Source: Promethearchaeota archaeon (GTDB taxonomy: Archaea > Asgardarchaeota > Lokiarchaeia > Sigyniarchaeales > SOKP01). From it: a DNA stretch of 64,000 nucleotides. The DNA is taken from the NCBI GenBank assembly GCA_048939995.1, contig JBHLOY010000002.1, forward strand, positions 256,001 through 320,000, in the 5' to 3' direction. How positions within the stretch are numbered: position 1 is the stretch's first letter; each line of letters starts with the position of its first letter. Of the stretch, positions 47,701-57,224 are shown piece after piece. The translations under genes and the position numbers were made by a program. The notes under the pieces are model-generated. The model was not told where the DNA came from. It was given only the letters and a program-made list of their open reading frames with translations, and did no database searches.

Positions 47701-49736
47701 GAAACCTTTATACATGTTCGGCGGATACGCAAACTATTATAAAGGAGAAAATAAAGGAACATAATCTAAATAGAGTAATTGTAGCATCATGCACTCCAAG
47801 AACCCATGAGCCGTTATTTCAAGCTACTATTAGAGAAGCAGGGTTAAACAAATATCTTTTTGACTTAGCGAATATTAGGGACCAATGTTCTTGGGTACAT
47901 ATGCATTCTCCAGAAGAAGCTACAGAAAAAGCTAAAGATTTGGTGAGAATGTCTGTTGCGAAAGCTAGGAATTTAGTCCCATTACAAGAACAAAAAGTAG
48001 ATGTAATTCATAAAGGCTTGATAATTGGAGGTGGTGTAGCTGGAATGACAGCAGCTTTGAATCTAGCCGATCAGGGCTATAATGTATATCTTGTTGAAAA
48101 AACCCATCGATTAGGAGGGTTTGCTCAAAAGGTATATCAAACTTTGGAAAATGAGGATGTCCAAAATTTGATTTCAAATTTGATTGATAAAGTGACAAAT
48201 CATAAGCTAATTAAGGTCTTTTTGAGAGCAAACATTAATTCTATAACTGGTTATATAGGAAATTTTGCTACAGAAATAAACTACGGAGACAGTAATGAAG
48301 TAGAGAAAGTGGAACATGGAATCATTATCGTAGCTACGGGTGCAAATGAGTATATACCTAAGGATAGTGAATATCTCTATAATCAAGATAATAAAGTTAT
48401 AACTCAATCAAAATTTGAAGAAATTCTTTTTGAAGACGATAAAAAGTTAAAGGAATTAAAGTCAATTGTAATGATCCAATGTATTGGTTCCAGAAACGAA
48501 GAAAATCCGTATTGTAGTCGAATGTGTTGTGCAGAGGCTATAAAAAATGCGATAAAAGCAAAACAGATTAATCCTGATCTAAATATAATTATTTTATTCC
48601 GAGATATAAGAACTTATGGCTTTAAGGAAAAATATTATAACTTAGCTAGAGAAAAAGGAATTTTATTTATTAGATTTGATGAAGATAATCCACCTGAACT
48701 TATTAAAGAAAATAATCAATTACAGATTTTGTTACATAAAACAGATATAGGAGAATTAAAAACTAGCGCTGATTTAGTGGTTTTAAGTGCTGGAATTGTA
48801 GCTCCTAATGAAAATTCAGAGCTTGCAAAATTATTAAAAGTACCTCTTAATGAGGATAAATTTTTTTTAGAAGCTCATGTTAAATTAAGGCCAAGTGATT
48901 TTGCAACAGAAGGAATATTTTTGTGCGGTACTGCCAGAGGCCCTGCTAATATAACTGAAAGCATAGCTCAAGCGAATTCTGCCGCAGCAAGAGCCATGAC
49001 AATCCTTTCTAAAGACATTTTATTAACTGAAGGAGTTACAGCTAATGTTAACGAAGAAAAATGTATTGGATGTGGAAGATGTGCTGAAATATGTCCTTAT
49101 AATGCTATTGAGTTATTAGAAAGCACCAAACAAATGGGATTATATGATAACGAATTAAAGAAAGCACAAGTAATTAAGGCTTTATGTAAGGGATGTGGTA
49201 CATGTTTTGCTGAATGTCCCGTTTCTGCAATTTCTATGAGTCATTTTGGGAATAAACAAATAAAGCCAATGATCAGCGAAGCAGCAATACATGAAGAAAA
49301 AGCTTGGGAACCAAAAATTGTGGCATTTTTATGCAATTGGTGTTCTTATGCAGGAGCAGATTTGGCTGGGGTAAGCCGGTATCAATATCCGCCTAATGTG
49401 AGAATCATAAGAGTTATGTGCTCAGGAGGTATGTCTAAAAGTTATATCCTTGAAGCATTTTTAAACGGTGCTGATGGTGTATTTGTAGCTGGATGTCATA
49501 TTGGCGATTGCCATTATATAAGCGGGAATGAAAATGCATATCTTCGATTGGATAATCTCAAGGAGTTGTTAAAAAAGATAGGTCTTGAAGAAGAAAGAAT
49601 TTATGTAACACAAGTTTCAGCTAGTGAAGGAAGGCAATTTGCAGAGGTTATATCAGAATTTACAGAAAAAATTAAAAAATTAGGAGAAACAAGAATACCT
49701 TCAGAAAAAAGAAAAGTAAAGGTTGAATCCGTTTAA
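44790..49736 (+). CDS. Multidomain HdrA-family flavoprotein (HdrL-like): HdrA with GltD/NfnB-like NAD(P)H insert + second HdrA module + MvhD
   Basis: GAGIGG, DKTFPTNDCSMC; insert PCRDACP..IGRICPHYCEDAC..GSGPAG..GGGDVAMD..EANRCLNC; HCVGSRD; second module VFVCHCG..GGGVAG..QCIGSR; C-terminal FLCNWCSYAGAD..RVMCSG..GCHIGDCHY. Confidence 0.9.
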   Translation: MSENNKVGAALVIGAGIGGCQAALDLANSGIKVYLVEKNPSIGGVMAQLDKTFPTNDCSMCILAPKLVAVDRDPNIELITYADVLSVKGNAGNFNVTINKRTRYIIEDKCTGCGECIQQCPVQMPDEFNQGLSDRKAMYLQFPQAVPFKTLIDKRGISPCRDACPAHINTQGYVGLISKGKYQEALDLIRERCPLPSVIGRICPHYCEDACNRKEIDEPVNICGLKRFVADHIRENFEEKITFLEEKKEDKVAIIGSGPAGLTVAYHLARRGYPVTIFEKESVPGGMLRIGIPDYRLPPEILEADIDHIKKYGVEIKTNACFGPDLTFSDLKKQGYKAIFISIGLHKSREMKIEGDDLKNVLYGVEFLRNLNLAIETPNIKDKIVGVVGGGDVAMDAARSALRLGAKKVIIIYRRSENEMPASKEEIEMSKEEGIEFQFLTNPVKIYGDKSKKVTEIECVRMELGELDASGRRRPMPIKNSEYKMKIDTVILAIGQEADFSLLQAACQDELEFDQSNLIQINKKTFETNIPGIFAGGEIVKGPGSAIEAIAIGNKVAITLEKFLKDEVITEELETIPDYREEEIIGMDDIENIERFSCQERKECSVCMPDERIMNFEEETRTMTEQEAIEEANRCLNCASCCECFECVRACMADAVDHTLKNELLSINVGAIILALGSDVYIPGEGNVYGYGEYKNVITSIAFERILNASGPFKGEVVRPSDHTTPKKIAFLHCVGSRDKKIGHEYCSSMCCMYTTKEAVIAKEHSENVEPTVFSMDLRAHGKDFEKYIERAKNDYGIRYIRSRISSITEIPDSEDLKIKFETEEGKVVEEIFNLVVLSVGIQPNSTVSTLAKELNIELNEYGFCKTERFNPSETSRPGVYVCGTFKEPKDIPETVIEASAAAGAVNVLLSDVRDTLVAQEKHFEERDITGEETRIGVFVCHCGINIGGVVDVPEVVDYASTLPDVVYAERNLYTCSADTQTIIKEKIKEHNLNRVIVASCTPRTHEPLFQATIREAGLNKYLFDLANIRDQCSWVHMHSPEEATEKAKDLVRMSVAKARNLVPLQEQKVDVIHKGLIIGGGVAGMTAALNLADQGYNVYLVEKTHRLGGFAQKVYQTLENEDVQNLISNLIDKVTNHKLIKVFLRANINSITGYIGNFATEINYGDSNEVEKVEHGIIIVATGANEYIPKDSEYLYNQDNKVITQSKFEEILFEDDKKLKELKSIVMIQCIGSRNEENPYCSRMCCAEAIKNAIKAKQINPDLNIIILFRDIRTYGFKEKYYNLAREKGILFIRFDEDNPPELIKENNQLQILLHKTDIGELKTSADLVVLSAGIVAPNENSELAKLLKVPLNEDKFFLEAHVKLRPSDFATEGIFLCGTARGPANITESIAQANSAAARAMTILSKDILLTEGVTANVNEEKCIGCGRCAEICPYNAIELLESTKQMGLYDNELKKAQVIKALCKGCGTCFAECPVSAISMSHFGNKQIKPMISEAAIHEEKAWEPKIVAFLCNWCSYAGADLAGVSRYQYPPNVRIIRVMCSGGMSKSYILEAFLNGADGVFVAGCHIGDCHYISGNENAYLRLDNLKELLKKIGLEEERIYVTQVSASEGRQFAEVISEFTEKIKKLGETRIPSEKRKVKVESV

Positions 49737-49742
49737 AGTTAT

Positions 49743-50582
49743 TTAATATTCATCGGGCATATTTTTAAGTTCTGCTAATGAGAATACTGGACCATCGATA
49801 CAAACATATTTATTACCAATATTGCATCTACCACATTTGCCAATACCACATTTCATTCTCATTTCTAAAGAGTTTAAAATTTGTTCGTCATTAAAACCTA
49901 GTTCTTCTAAGACAGCAATCGTAGTTCTAATCATTATTGGCGGACCACATACTATAGCCACAGCATTCTCAGAAGAGGGTGCTACTTCTTTTACTATTGG
50001 TGCTACGAAACCTACTTTCTCATTCCACCCCTCCTCTTCACGATCTATAGTTAGAGTGACATTTAAATCATCTCGTTTTTTCCAATCATAAAGATCTTTT
50101 CGATATAATACCTCTCCTGAATCCCGGTTACCATAAATCACTGTTATATTTTTATATTGATTTCTAAATCTGTTATCTAACATATAAATTACAAGAGAAC
50201 GCAATGTAGAAAATGCAAAACCTCCTCCTATTATTACAATATTCTTCCCTTTCATATCTTCCACAGGCCAGCCATTTCCAAAAGGACCTCTTACACCAAC
50301 GGTATCTCCTTCTTCCATATCATGAAATGCTGTAGTAACAGTTCCCATCTTCTTTATAGTGAATTTAATAGAACCCGTTTCAGTAGGAGATGAGGCAATT
50401 CCTATTGGGCATTCTCCTTTTCCTATAACGCATATCTCTGCAAATTGTCCAGGGATATATTTAAAACTTTCAAAATCCTCTTTCTTTTTAAAAACTAAAT
50501 CAAGAGTCTTAATATCATTTACTTTATTCTCTGAAGCGATATTTTTAATCGCAGTAAGTTTAGGAATATAAGGATTAGGCAT
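49743..50582 (-). CDS. FlxA/AsrB-like FAD/NAD(P)-binding 2Fe-2S oxidoreductase subunit
   Basis: PGQF, RGPFGNGW, GGG, CGPPIM, LEMRMKCGIGKCGRC..VCIDGPVF. Confidence 0.88.
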   Translation of the reverse strand: MPNPYIPKLTAIKNIASENKVNDIKTLDLVFKKKEDFESFKYIPGQFAEICVIGKGECPIGIASSPTETGSIKFTIKKMGTVTTAFHDMEEGDTVGVRGPFGNGWPVEDMKGKNIVIIGGGFAFSTLRSLVIYMLDNRFRNQYKNITVIYGNRDSGEVLYRKDLYDWKKRDDLNVTLTIDREEEGWNEKVGFVAPIVKEVAPSSENAVAIVCGPPIMIRTTIAVLEELGFNDEQILNSLEMRMKCGIGKCGRCNIGNKYVCIDGPVFSLAELKNMPDEY

Positions 50583-51633
50583 TTATTTTTTCACTCTCTA
50601 TTTTTTCAATATTACTAATTTTTTCAATTATCTTCCTAAGATCATTATTAACTGGACATAATTGAATACATCTTCCGCATCCAACACATCCTAATAAATT
50701 GTAATTTTCAGGGTAATAACAAAACTTATGTAAAATTCTATTTCTGCATCTCTCTATTGTACTATCACGAGGGTTATGACCGCTAGTGTGAAGCGAATAC
50801 AGACAGAATTGACAAGTATCCCATATTCTAACTCGACGTCCTCGATTTTCATTTGGGATTTTTTCATCAATAACATCAAAACACGTACAAGTTGGACATA
50901 AAAATGAACACGTACCGCAACCTATACAACTTTCACTAATCTCTTTCCAGATGGGATGATTAAAGTTAGGATCTAACACTTTATCAATATCTTCTAAATT
51001 CAATTTGGTGGATATTGATTGTTCTGCTAGAATGGCTAATTCTTGCGCAGCTTTAATGTCAGCATCAGTAGCGCTAGTCAACCATGAAAACTTCTTAATT
51101 AACTTCTTCCCTTTATTACTGATTCCCTCAACAATGTATTTATTATCCAAATCAACCAGAAAGATGTCAAAATTTTCCTTTTTAAAAGGATGTCCTCCCA
51201 CAGATGTACAAAAACATGTAGTTTTTGGAGTGTTACAGGCAATTCCGATTAGACTAGTATTTTCTCTCCTTTTTAGAATAATCTCGTCTTTAACTTCTCC
51301 TTGGGAAAAGAAATTTTCTAATAAGAAAAAACTATAAGCATCACATGGTCTAATTCCAAAAATTATTCTTTTTTCATCCAAATTTTTTATATCTTCAATC
51401 TCTATTTCCTTACCATTAATTTTATATTCAAAAAGAATATCTGTTTTTGGAAATAGTAATTCTTTAGGCGGAACCTTGGAATTTAAATAATCTAAAACTA
51501 TATCCTCAACATTAACTATTTTCTTAAAAATAATATTACCTTTCTCTTTAGTAGGCGCATAAATCGTATAATTTTTAGCTAGTTCATTATAAAACTTTGG
51601 AATTTGTTCTTTAAGTAGAATTAATTCTTGCAT
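50575..51633 (-). CDS. FlxB/AsrA-like 4Fe-4S subunit
   Basis: GIRPCD, C..CFCTS, CIGCGTCSFLCPTCTCF, WDTC, HKF, CVGCGRCIQLCP. Confidence 0.85.
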   Translation of the reverse strand: MQELILLKEQIPKFYNELAKNYTIYAPTKEKGNIIFKKIVNVEDIVLDYLNSKVPPKELLFPKTDILFEYKINGKEIEIEDIKNLDEKRIIFGIRPCDAYSFFLLENFFSQGEVKDEIILKRRENTSLIGIACNTPKTTCFCTSVGGHPFKKENFDIFLVDLDNKYIVEGISNKGKKLIKKFSWLTSATDADIKAAQELAILAEQSISTKLNLEDIDKVLDPNFNHPIWKEISESCIGCGTCSFLCPTCTCFDVIDEKIPNENRGRRVRIWDTCQFCLYSLHTSGHNPRDSTIERCRNRILHKFCYYPENYNLLGCVGCGRCIQLCPVNNDLRKIIEKISNIEKIESEKINA

Positions 51634-51649
51634 TCTCTAAATTACCTCT

Positions 51650-52663
51650 TTAATCTTCCTCTAACATATATTCTTGCTTATCATCTATACTAAAAGACAT
51701 CATAGGAGGTAATTGTTCGAAATCAATGCCAGAAGTAAAACCAAATTGTTCTTTTGCTATTTTTTCTAATTTTCTTGTAATCAAATTCAAATCAATTCCC
51801 ATTGGACATACACTAGTACAAGCCCCACATGCTACACATCTTCCCGTTAAATGTAATGCTCGTATTAAATGGAACACAATAATGTCTGGTAAATCAGTTG
51901 TCTTTCCAAACCAAACTGGTTTATTTTGATCAACAAAACATAGATTACAATAACACATAGGGCAAGCTTCCCGACAAGCATAACACCTCGTGCATGTACT
52001 TAATAAATCTTTTATATATTCCCATTTTTCTTCAGGAGTTTTTGATTCGTAGTTCTCTAAATCTGCAAAATCATCCTCAATAATAGGATTCTCCAAAAAT
52101 TCACCTACGTTAACTTCTGCTACTTTCGGAGGCGACTTAACTTGGCATGTTTTACATAACTCATTTTCATATTCTTCAAAAGAAAATGCTTTTTCAAGAT
52201 CTTTTGTTTTAACTATTATATTATCCCCGGATACAGAGACACTTATAATTTCTTGTTCCCCTATCTCTTTCTGAATTCTTGCCCTATTGATAATTCCATT
52301 GCAAGGAATCCCGATTATCTTTATATCATCAAGATCAATTTGATGCTCTACAGCTAAATGGATTAATGCTTTTCCGACGCATCCCTTGGATATAATTCCT
52401 ATTTTTAACTTTTGACCATCTGACTTAATAAAAGTTGGCATTAGGGGTACTAAATATTTAGCTAAGTTAATATAACATAAATTATTCCAAATTAGCTTAT
52501 CAACCTCTTCAACTTTATCTATAACTACAGGAGATGAGCTTAAAGGAACTGTTCCCGTTGTATAACCGATAATAACATCAACCACTTTTTCCTCAAGTAG
52601 CTTTTTAGCTAAATCTCTAATTAATTCTTCGATTTCTTTATTTGTCTCTTCTAGATTTTCCAT
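51650..52663 (-). CDS. FlxC/FdhB-like 4Fe-4S subunit
   Basis: KGC, GIPC.G, CKTC, CTRCYACREACPMCYCNLC, HLIRALHLTGRCVACGAC..CP. Confidence 0.85.
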   Translation of the reverse strand: MENLEETNKEIEELIRDLAKKLLEEKVVDVIIGYTTGTVPLSSSPVVIDKVEEVDKLIWNNLCYINLAKYLVPLMPTFIKSDGQKLKIGIISKGCVGKALIHLAVEHQIDLDDIKIIGIPCNGIINRARIQKEIGEQEIISVSVSGDNIIVKTKDLEKAFSFEEYENELCKTCQVKSPPKVAEVNVGEFLENPIIEDDFADLENYESKTPEEKWEYIKDLLSTCTRCYACREACPMCYCNLCFVDQNKPVWFGKTTDLPDIIVFHLIRALHLTGRCVACGACTSVCPMGIDLNLITRKLEKIAKEQFGFTSGIDFEQLPPMMSFSIDDKQEYMLEED

Positions 52664-52667
52664 AATA

Positions 52668-53132
52668 TCACCAAGTTTTTTGAAATTGTTTATTTGGTCC
52701 TAATTTTTTTACATTATTTGTCACTTTTTTGACTAGGGTTGCAAACCGTTCACCTTCAGATGCTGAAGCCCACATAAAACTTACTCTATTAGGTTGGATA
52801 CCAAAAAAATTAAGTAATTCATTTAAGATTGTAAAACGTCTTCTTGCTACTAAATTGCCACTAATATAATGACAATCTCCAGGATGGCATCCTGAAATAA
52901 TAACACCATCCCAACCACTTATTAAGCTTTTAATTATTAAATAGGGATTAATTCTTCCAGAACATGGAACTCTTACTATTCTAATATTAGAAGGATATTG
53001 AATTCGACTTACTCCAGCTAGATCTGCACCGGCATATGAACACCAATTACATAAAAAGGCAATTATTTTTGGTTGCCATTCCTCATTCTTTTCTATCTTA
53101 TCCGTTTGAGACTTTGTTTTACTCATCATCAT
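52668..53132 (-). CDS. mvhD: MvhD/FlxD [2Fe-2S] subunit
   Basis: FLCNWCSYAGAD, RVPCSGR, GCHPGDCHY, WASASEG. Confidence 0.92.
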   Translation of the reverse strand: MMMSKTKSQTDKIEKNEEWQPKIIAFLCNWCSYAGADLAGVSRIQYPSNIRIVRVPCSGRINPYLIIKSLISGWDGVIISGCHPGDCHYISGNLVARRRFTILNELLNFFGIQPNRVSFMWASASEGERFATLVKKVTNNVKKLGPNKQFQKTW

Positions 53133-55147
53133 TCCCCTCCCATTATAATTGAAAATAATTGCTCACCAGTAAAACCTAGAATATCTATTGCTGCACATCT
53201 ACAATTACCTGAACAAGCACCACACCCTTTACATAAGGCTTGGTTGACCGAAGCTACTTTACCAAATCGCTTATCATCAATCAGCTCAATCGCGCCATAA
53301 GCACAATTTTCTACACACATACCGCATCCAATACAACGTTCTGGAAGCACAACCGCATAATAAGGTTCTAATTCCACTTCTCCTCTAGCCATTAGCGTTG
53401 CAGCACTCGAAGCTGCACCCTTTGCTTGAGCTACGGAATCGGGGATATCCTTCGGACCTTGGGCAACACCAGCAATAAATATTCCTTCAGTTAAAGTGTC
53501 AACAGGCCTTAATTTTGGATGAGCTTCCATGAAAAATCCATCAGAAGATCTCTGAACTCTTACCAAAGAAGCAACTTTATCAGCGTCTACTCTAGCTTCT
53601 AAACCACATGAAAGAACTAATAAATTAACCTTAATTTCAATAGGTTCTTGAAGCAGAGTATCTTCTGATCTAATAATTATATTATGATCTTGATCTTCAC
53701 TAACTTCAGCAATTCTTCCTCGAATGTAATTTATTCCGTAATTTCTTGCTGCTGATTCATAAAACTCTTCATAACCCCTCCCAAAAGCTCGGATATCCAT
53801 ATAAAAAATATAGACATCTGCATCTGGGTGTTTTTCCTTATACTGTCTGGCTTGTTTTGTGGCATACATACAGCATACCCTTGAGCAATATTGATTCCCT
53901 CCTTCTCTAAAGTTTCTACTGCCAACACATTGAAGAAACGCAATACTATGAGGTTCTTTAAGATCAGATGGACGAGCTGGCTTTCCAACTAATGGACCAG
54001 TAGAACTTAATAATCGTTCCATCTGAAGTCCATTAATCACATTTGGATATTTACCATATCCGTATTGTTTCAATTCAGTTGGGTCATATAAATCCCAACC
54101 TGTAGCTATAATTATTGTTCCAACTTTAACTTTAATATATTCTGGTTCTTCATCTAATCTAATCGCATCTGGTTCACAAACAGTTGGTCTCGCACAAATT
54201 CCGCATTTAATACATTTATCCATATCTATAGTGTATTTGCCAGGAACAGCTTGAGGAAATGGAATATATATTGCTTTTCTAGTAGCTAACCCAATATCAA
54301 ATTCATTTGAACATACAATGGGGCATTTCTCCTCACAAACTCCACACCCTGTACATGCTTCTTGATCTACATAATGAGGTTTTTTCAATATTGTAACTTC
54401 AAAATTCCCAACATAACCAGTTATTTCTAATACTTCCGAATAAGTTAATAGCTCGATATTTTCGTTTCTTGCAACATCAACCATTCTGGGAGTTAATATA
54501 CAAGCACTACAATCCATAGTCGGGAAAGTTTTATCTAATTGTGCCATATGGCCTCCTATGGTTGGAGTCTTTTCGATTAAATACACCTTATACCCTTCAG
54601 TGGCTAAATCTAAAGCTGAATTCATACCTGCTATACCTCCTCCAATAATCAAACAAGCAGGTTCAATTTCTACGGTTTTTACTTCTAAAGGTTTTAGTTC
54701 TCTTGCTTTAGCAACTGACATTTTAATAAGATCTTTTGCTGCTTCAAAGGCTCCCTCTGGATCTTTCATATGTACCCAAGTAGAATGCTCTCTGATGTTC
54801 GCTTGTTCAAATAAAAACTGATTTAAACCAGCTTCTTTACACACTAATCTAAAAGTAGGTTCATGCATTCTTGGAGAACATGCTGCTACAACGACTCTAT
54901 TTACTAAACCTGATTGTATATCTTCTTTTATTATATTTTGACCAGTATCTGAACAAAAAAACTTATATTCACGTGCAACAGCAACATCGGGTAATTCTTT
55001 AGCATACTCTACCAAATCAGGTACTGAAACGACTCCACCTATATTTACACCACAATGGCATACATATACTCCAACTTGGGGCTTTTCATTACCAGTGACC
55101 ACAATGCCTTTTTTAATTTTTTCTACCTTTTTTTTAGTTTCAGTCAT
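53129..55147 (-). CDS. hdrA: Heterodisulfide reductase subunit A
   Basis: GVYVCHCG, AACSPR, ANIRE, GGGIAG, DKTFPTMDCSAC, QCVGSR, CSRVCC, EAHPKLRP, QGPKDIPD, C-terminal ferredoxin. Confidence 0.95.
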   Translation of the reverse strand: MTETKKKVEKIKKGIVVTGNEKPQVGVYVCHCGVNIGGVVSVPDLVEYAKELPDVAVAREYKFFCSDTGQNIIKEDIQSGLVNRVVVAACSPRMHEPTFRLVCKEAGLNQFLFEQANIREHSTWVHMKDPEGAFEAAKDLIKMSVAKARELKPLEVKTVEIEPACLIIGGGIAGMNSALDLATEGYKVYLIEKTPTIGGHMAQLDKTFPTMDCSACILTPRMVDVARNENIELLTYSEVLEITGYVGNFEVTILKKPHYVDQEACTGCGVCEEKCPIVCSNEFDIGLATRKAIYIPFPQAVPGKYTIDMDKCIKCGICARPTVCEPDAIRLDEEPEYIKVKVGTIIIATGWDLYDPTELKQYGYGKYPNVINGLQMERLLSSTGPLVGKPARPSDLKEPHSIAFLQCVGSRNFREGGNQYCSRVCCMYATKQARQYKEKHPDADVYIFYMDIRAFGRGYEEFYESAARNYGINYIRGRIAEVSEDQDHNIIIRSEDTLLQEPIEIKVNLLVLSCGLEARVDADKVASLVRVQRSSDGFFMEAHPKLRPVDTLTEGIFIAGVAQGPKDIPDSVAQAKGAASSAATLMARGEVELEPYYAVVLPERCIGCGMCVENCAYGAIELIDDKRFGKVASVNQALCKGCGACSGNCRCAAIDILGFTGEQLFSIIMGGE

Positions 55148-55161
55148 TTATATCTAACCTT

Positions 55162-56118
55162 CTATATTAACTGATTTTTTATTATATTCAAGAAGGGATC
55201 TATTGAGATGAATGGGGGTACTCCTGTTAGTTCATGGTTTTTTAATAAACCTAATTTATTAGGGTCCATTCCAAATGATAAACCCAAAAGTTGGGTGATA
55301 TATACAACTGGAATTTCCAAAGGTTCCCCAATTATATCTTTATAGATTCCATTTGCTTCCATCTGCCCTAAATCAAGTTGTAAATGGCAGAATGGGCAGC
55401 AATCCACTACGATATCTGCGCCAGCATCGCGCATATTCATGAGCTTTTCTCTAGTAAAATCTGCTGAAACCTCTTTTACAGCAGTCCTTACAGCTCCACC
55501 TGCTCCGCAACACATGAATTTATCCTTATACGTAATACTTTTTGCCCCGGTTAATTCTACAATTTCATCTAAAAATATCGGGTCTTCACATTCCCCATTC
55601 CAAGGACGTTTATCGCTTGGTTTTATAATATGACATCCATAATGCACTGCAACCTTAAGATCTTGAAATTTGTATTTTATATGATCACGTAAGTAATCTA
55701 GACCCATATCTAAATATAGAGCTTGTACAACATGCTTTGGCTCTAAATTACCTTTATAAGTTCTTCCTATTTTTTCGAGTTCTTTTTGTACCATTTTTTT
55801 CATTTCAGGTTCATGTTCTAATTCGAACCACGCGTCTCTAAGGGTACCATAACACCCATTACATCCAGTTATAGGATTTACTCCAATTTGTTCGGCAATC
55901 GAAATATTACGAGCAGCTATTACTAACCACGTTGGAATATGGAAAGCTCTAAATACACCTGGAGCAGGACAACAAGAAGCTCCTGGTAAATCCAGAATTT
56001 CAGCTCCAAGAAAATCAAACACATTTCTAATAGAGGCTTCTATCATAGGATATCTATTAGGTATTACACAACCAAGAAATAATCCATATTTCCATTTATA
56101 TTCTGAGCTTTCATTCAT
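55162..56118 (-). CDS. hdrB: Heterodisulfide reductase subunit B
   Basis: FLGC.IPNRYP.IE, ASCCPAPG, CNGC, HYGCH, MCCGAGG, CPFCHLQLD.GQ. Confidence 0.95.
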   Translation of the reverse strand: MNESSEYKWKYGLFLGCVIPNRYPMIEASIRNVFDFLGAEILDLPGASCCPAPGVFRAFHIPTWLVIAARNISIAEQIGVNPITGCNGCYGTLRDAWFELEHEPEMKKMVQKELEKIGRTYKGNLEPKHVVQALYLDMGLDYLRDHIKYKFQDLKVAVHYGCHIIKPSDKRPWNGECEDPIFLDEIVELTGAKSITYKDKFMCCGAGGAVRTAVKEVSADFTREKLMNMRDAGADIVVDCCPFCHLQLDLGQMEANGIYKDIIGEPLEIPVVYITQLLGLSFGMDPNKLGLLKNHELTGVPPFISIDPFLNIIKNQLI

Positions 56119-56720
56119 GACTTATTCTCCTCTTGGTTTTCTTTTTTATCTCGTTCTTCTTTAAGTTTTTTAGCATTTTCCATTAATTCAGTAAACCCAA
56201 CCGATTTCATTAAGTCTTGACACTCCTTTACCGCTTCTGGATATGTATGAACAGTTGGAGGTAAAGGTGGTAATCCATAAGATTCTCTTAAATCTCGCCA
56301 TTTTTTGTTTGCTTCTCCATTTGCTGGTACTCCATGACCTGTGACATAAAAAATCTTGGTTGCTAAACCAAAATGAGAATCTAAAATAAAACCCTCTTCC
56401 ACAGCAATATTTCTTAATTTTATTATCATATCTGTTACTGGAATATTACGCGGACATCGTTCATAACAAGTATAACATGTAGAACATAACCAGATATCAA
56501 TATCTTTCAAGACACTCTCATCTCCCGTTAAAGCCCGGCGAATTGCGGAACGTGTTCGGTATGCGGTTCGTCTTCCAGATGGACAACTGCCCGTACAAGT
56601 ACCACAATTAATACACGCTCTAATTCGCTCTAATCCAGCATCAACAAACTTTTGAGCAATTCTGGAATTTGTGTCTTTGTGTACTTTTCTTTTAATATAT
56701 TTTTCTACATTATCGCTCAT
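56115..56720 (-). CDS. hdrC: Heterodisulfide reductase subunit C
   Basis: CINCGTCTGSCPSGRRT, WLCSTCYTCYERCPR, TGH.VP. Confidence 0.93.
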   Translation of the reverse strand: MSDNVEKYIKRKVHKDTNSRIAQKFVDAGLERIRACINCGTCTGSCPSGRRTAYRTRSAIRRALTGDESVLKDIDIWLCSTCYTCYERCPRNIPVTDMIIKLRNIAVEEGFILDSHFGLATKIFYVTGHGVPANGEANKKWRDLRESYGLPPLPPTVHTYPEAVKECQDLMKSVGFTELMENAKKLKEERDKKENQEENKS

Positions 56721-57008
56721 ATTTTTCCCAGTTTCGTCAATAATTGTAAATTTAAATTGAAATTGTATAAAAAAGTGAGAAAATTACTCTCTTAATAGTT
56801 TGATCAAACTACTTTATTTAATAATCTTAAGAAGTGAAAAGTATTTTTAATTATAAAATTTGTTATTGTCCTTTTAAAATAGATATACGCCAAATAATTA
56901 ATTTTTATATTTACTACTTTTAAAAGACCAACAAAAAAGTCTAAATTTGAGATAATTTTAGCTTCAAGAGAATTTATATCATGTAGAAAATAATGATGAT
57001 GTAGATTA

Positions 57009-57224
57009 TTACTTATTTGATAATTCCTTAAGATACTCTTTCTGTTTATCTTCGGGTAAAAATACCAATTCTTTTTTAATTTCTTTTAGCTCTTCCTTAG
57101 TTAAATCCAAAGATAATAATTCCCGCCGAATCTCCTTTTTAAGAACGATGAAAATCCTTGCAAAGTATTTTTTTACTATTTCTAACTTTTCAAAACTAGT
57201 ATTATTATTTTTAATAAAAATCAC
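57009..57224 (-). CDS. Small helical hypothetical protein
   Basis: 71-aa ORF with GTG start; amphipathic C-terminus ELKEIKKELVFLPEDKQKEYLKEL; start uncertain. Confidence 0.45.
   Translation of the reverse strand: MIFIKNNNTSFEKLEIVKKYFARIFIVLKKEIRRELLSLDLTKEELKEIKKELVFLPEDKQKEYLKELSNK

Noticed and set aside
49743-51633. Sulfhydrogenase (HydBG) or anaerobic sulfite reductase (AsrAB)
   Set aside because: No NiFe large/small subunits or AsrC nearby; the context matches Flx-Hdr.
6519-55147. Selenoprotein forms (FwuB, Sec-HdrA, VhuD) with SECIS elements, as known from Lokiarchaeota
   Set aside because: All relevant positions are Cys codons in uninterrupted ORFs (SVCHG, PTMDCS, PTNDCS, CNWC, RVPC, GDCHY); no in-frame TGA was seen.
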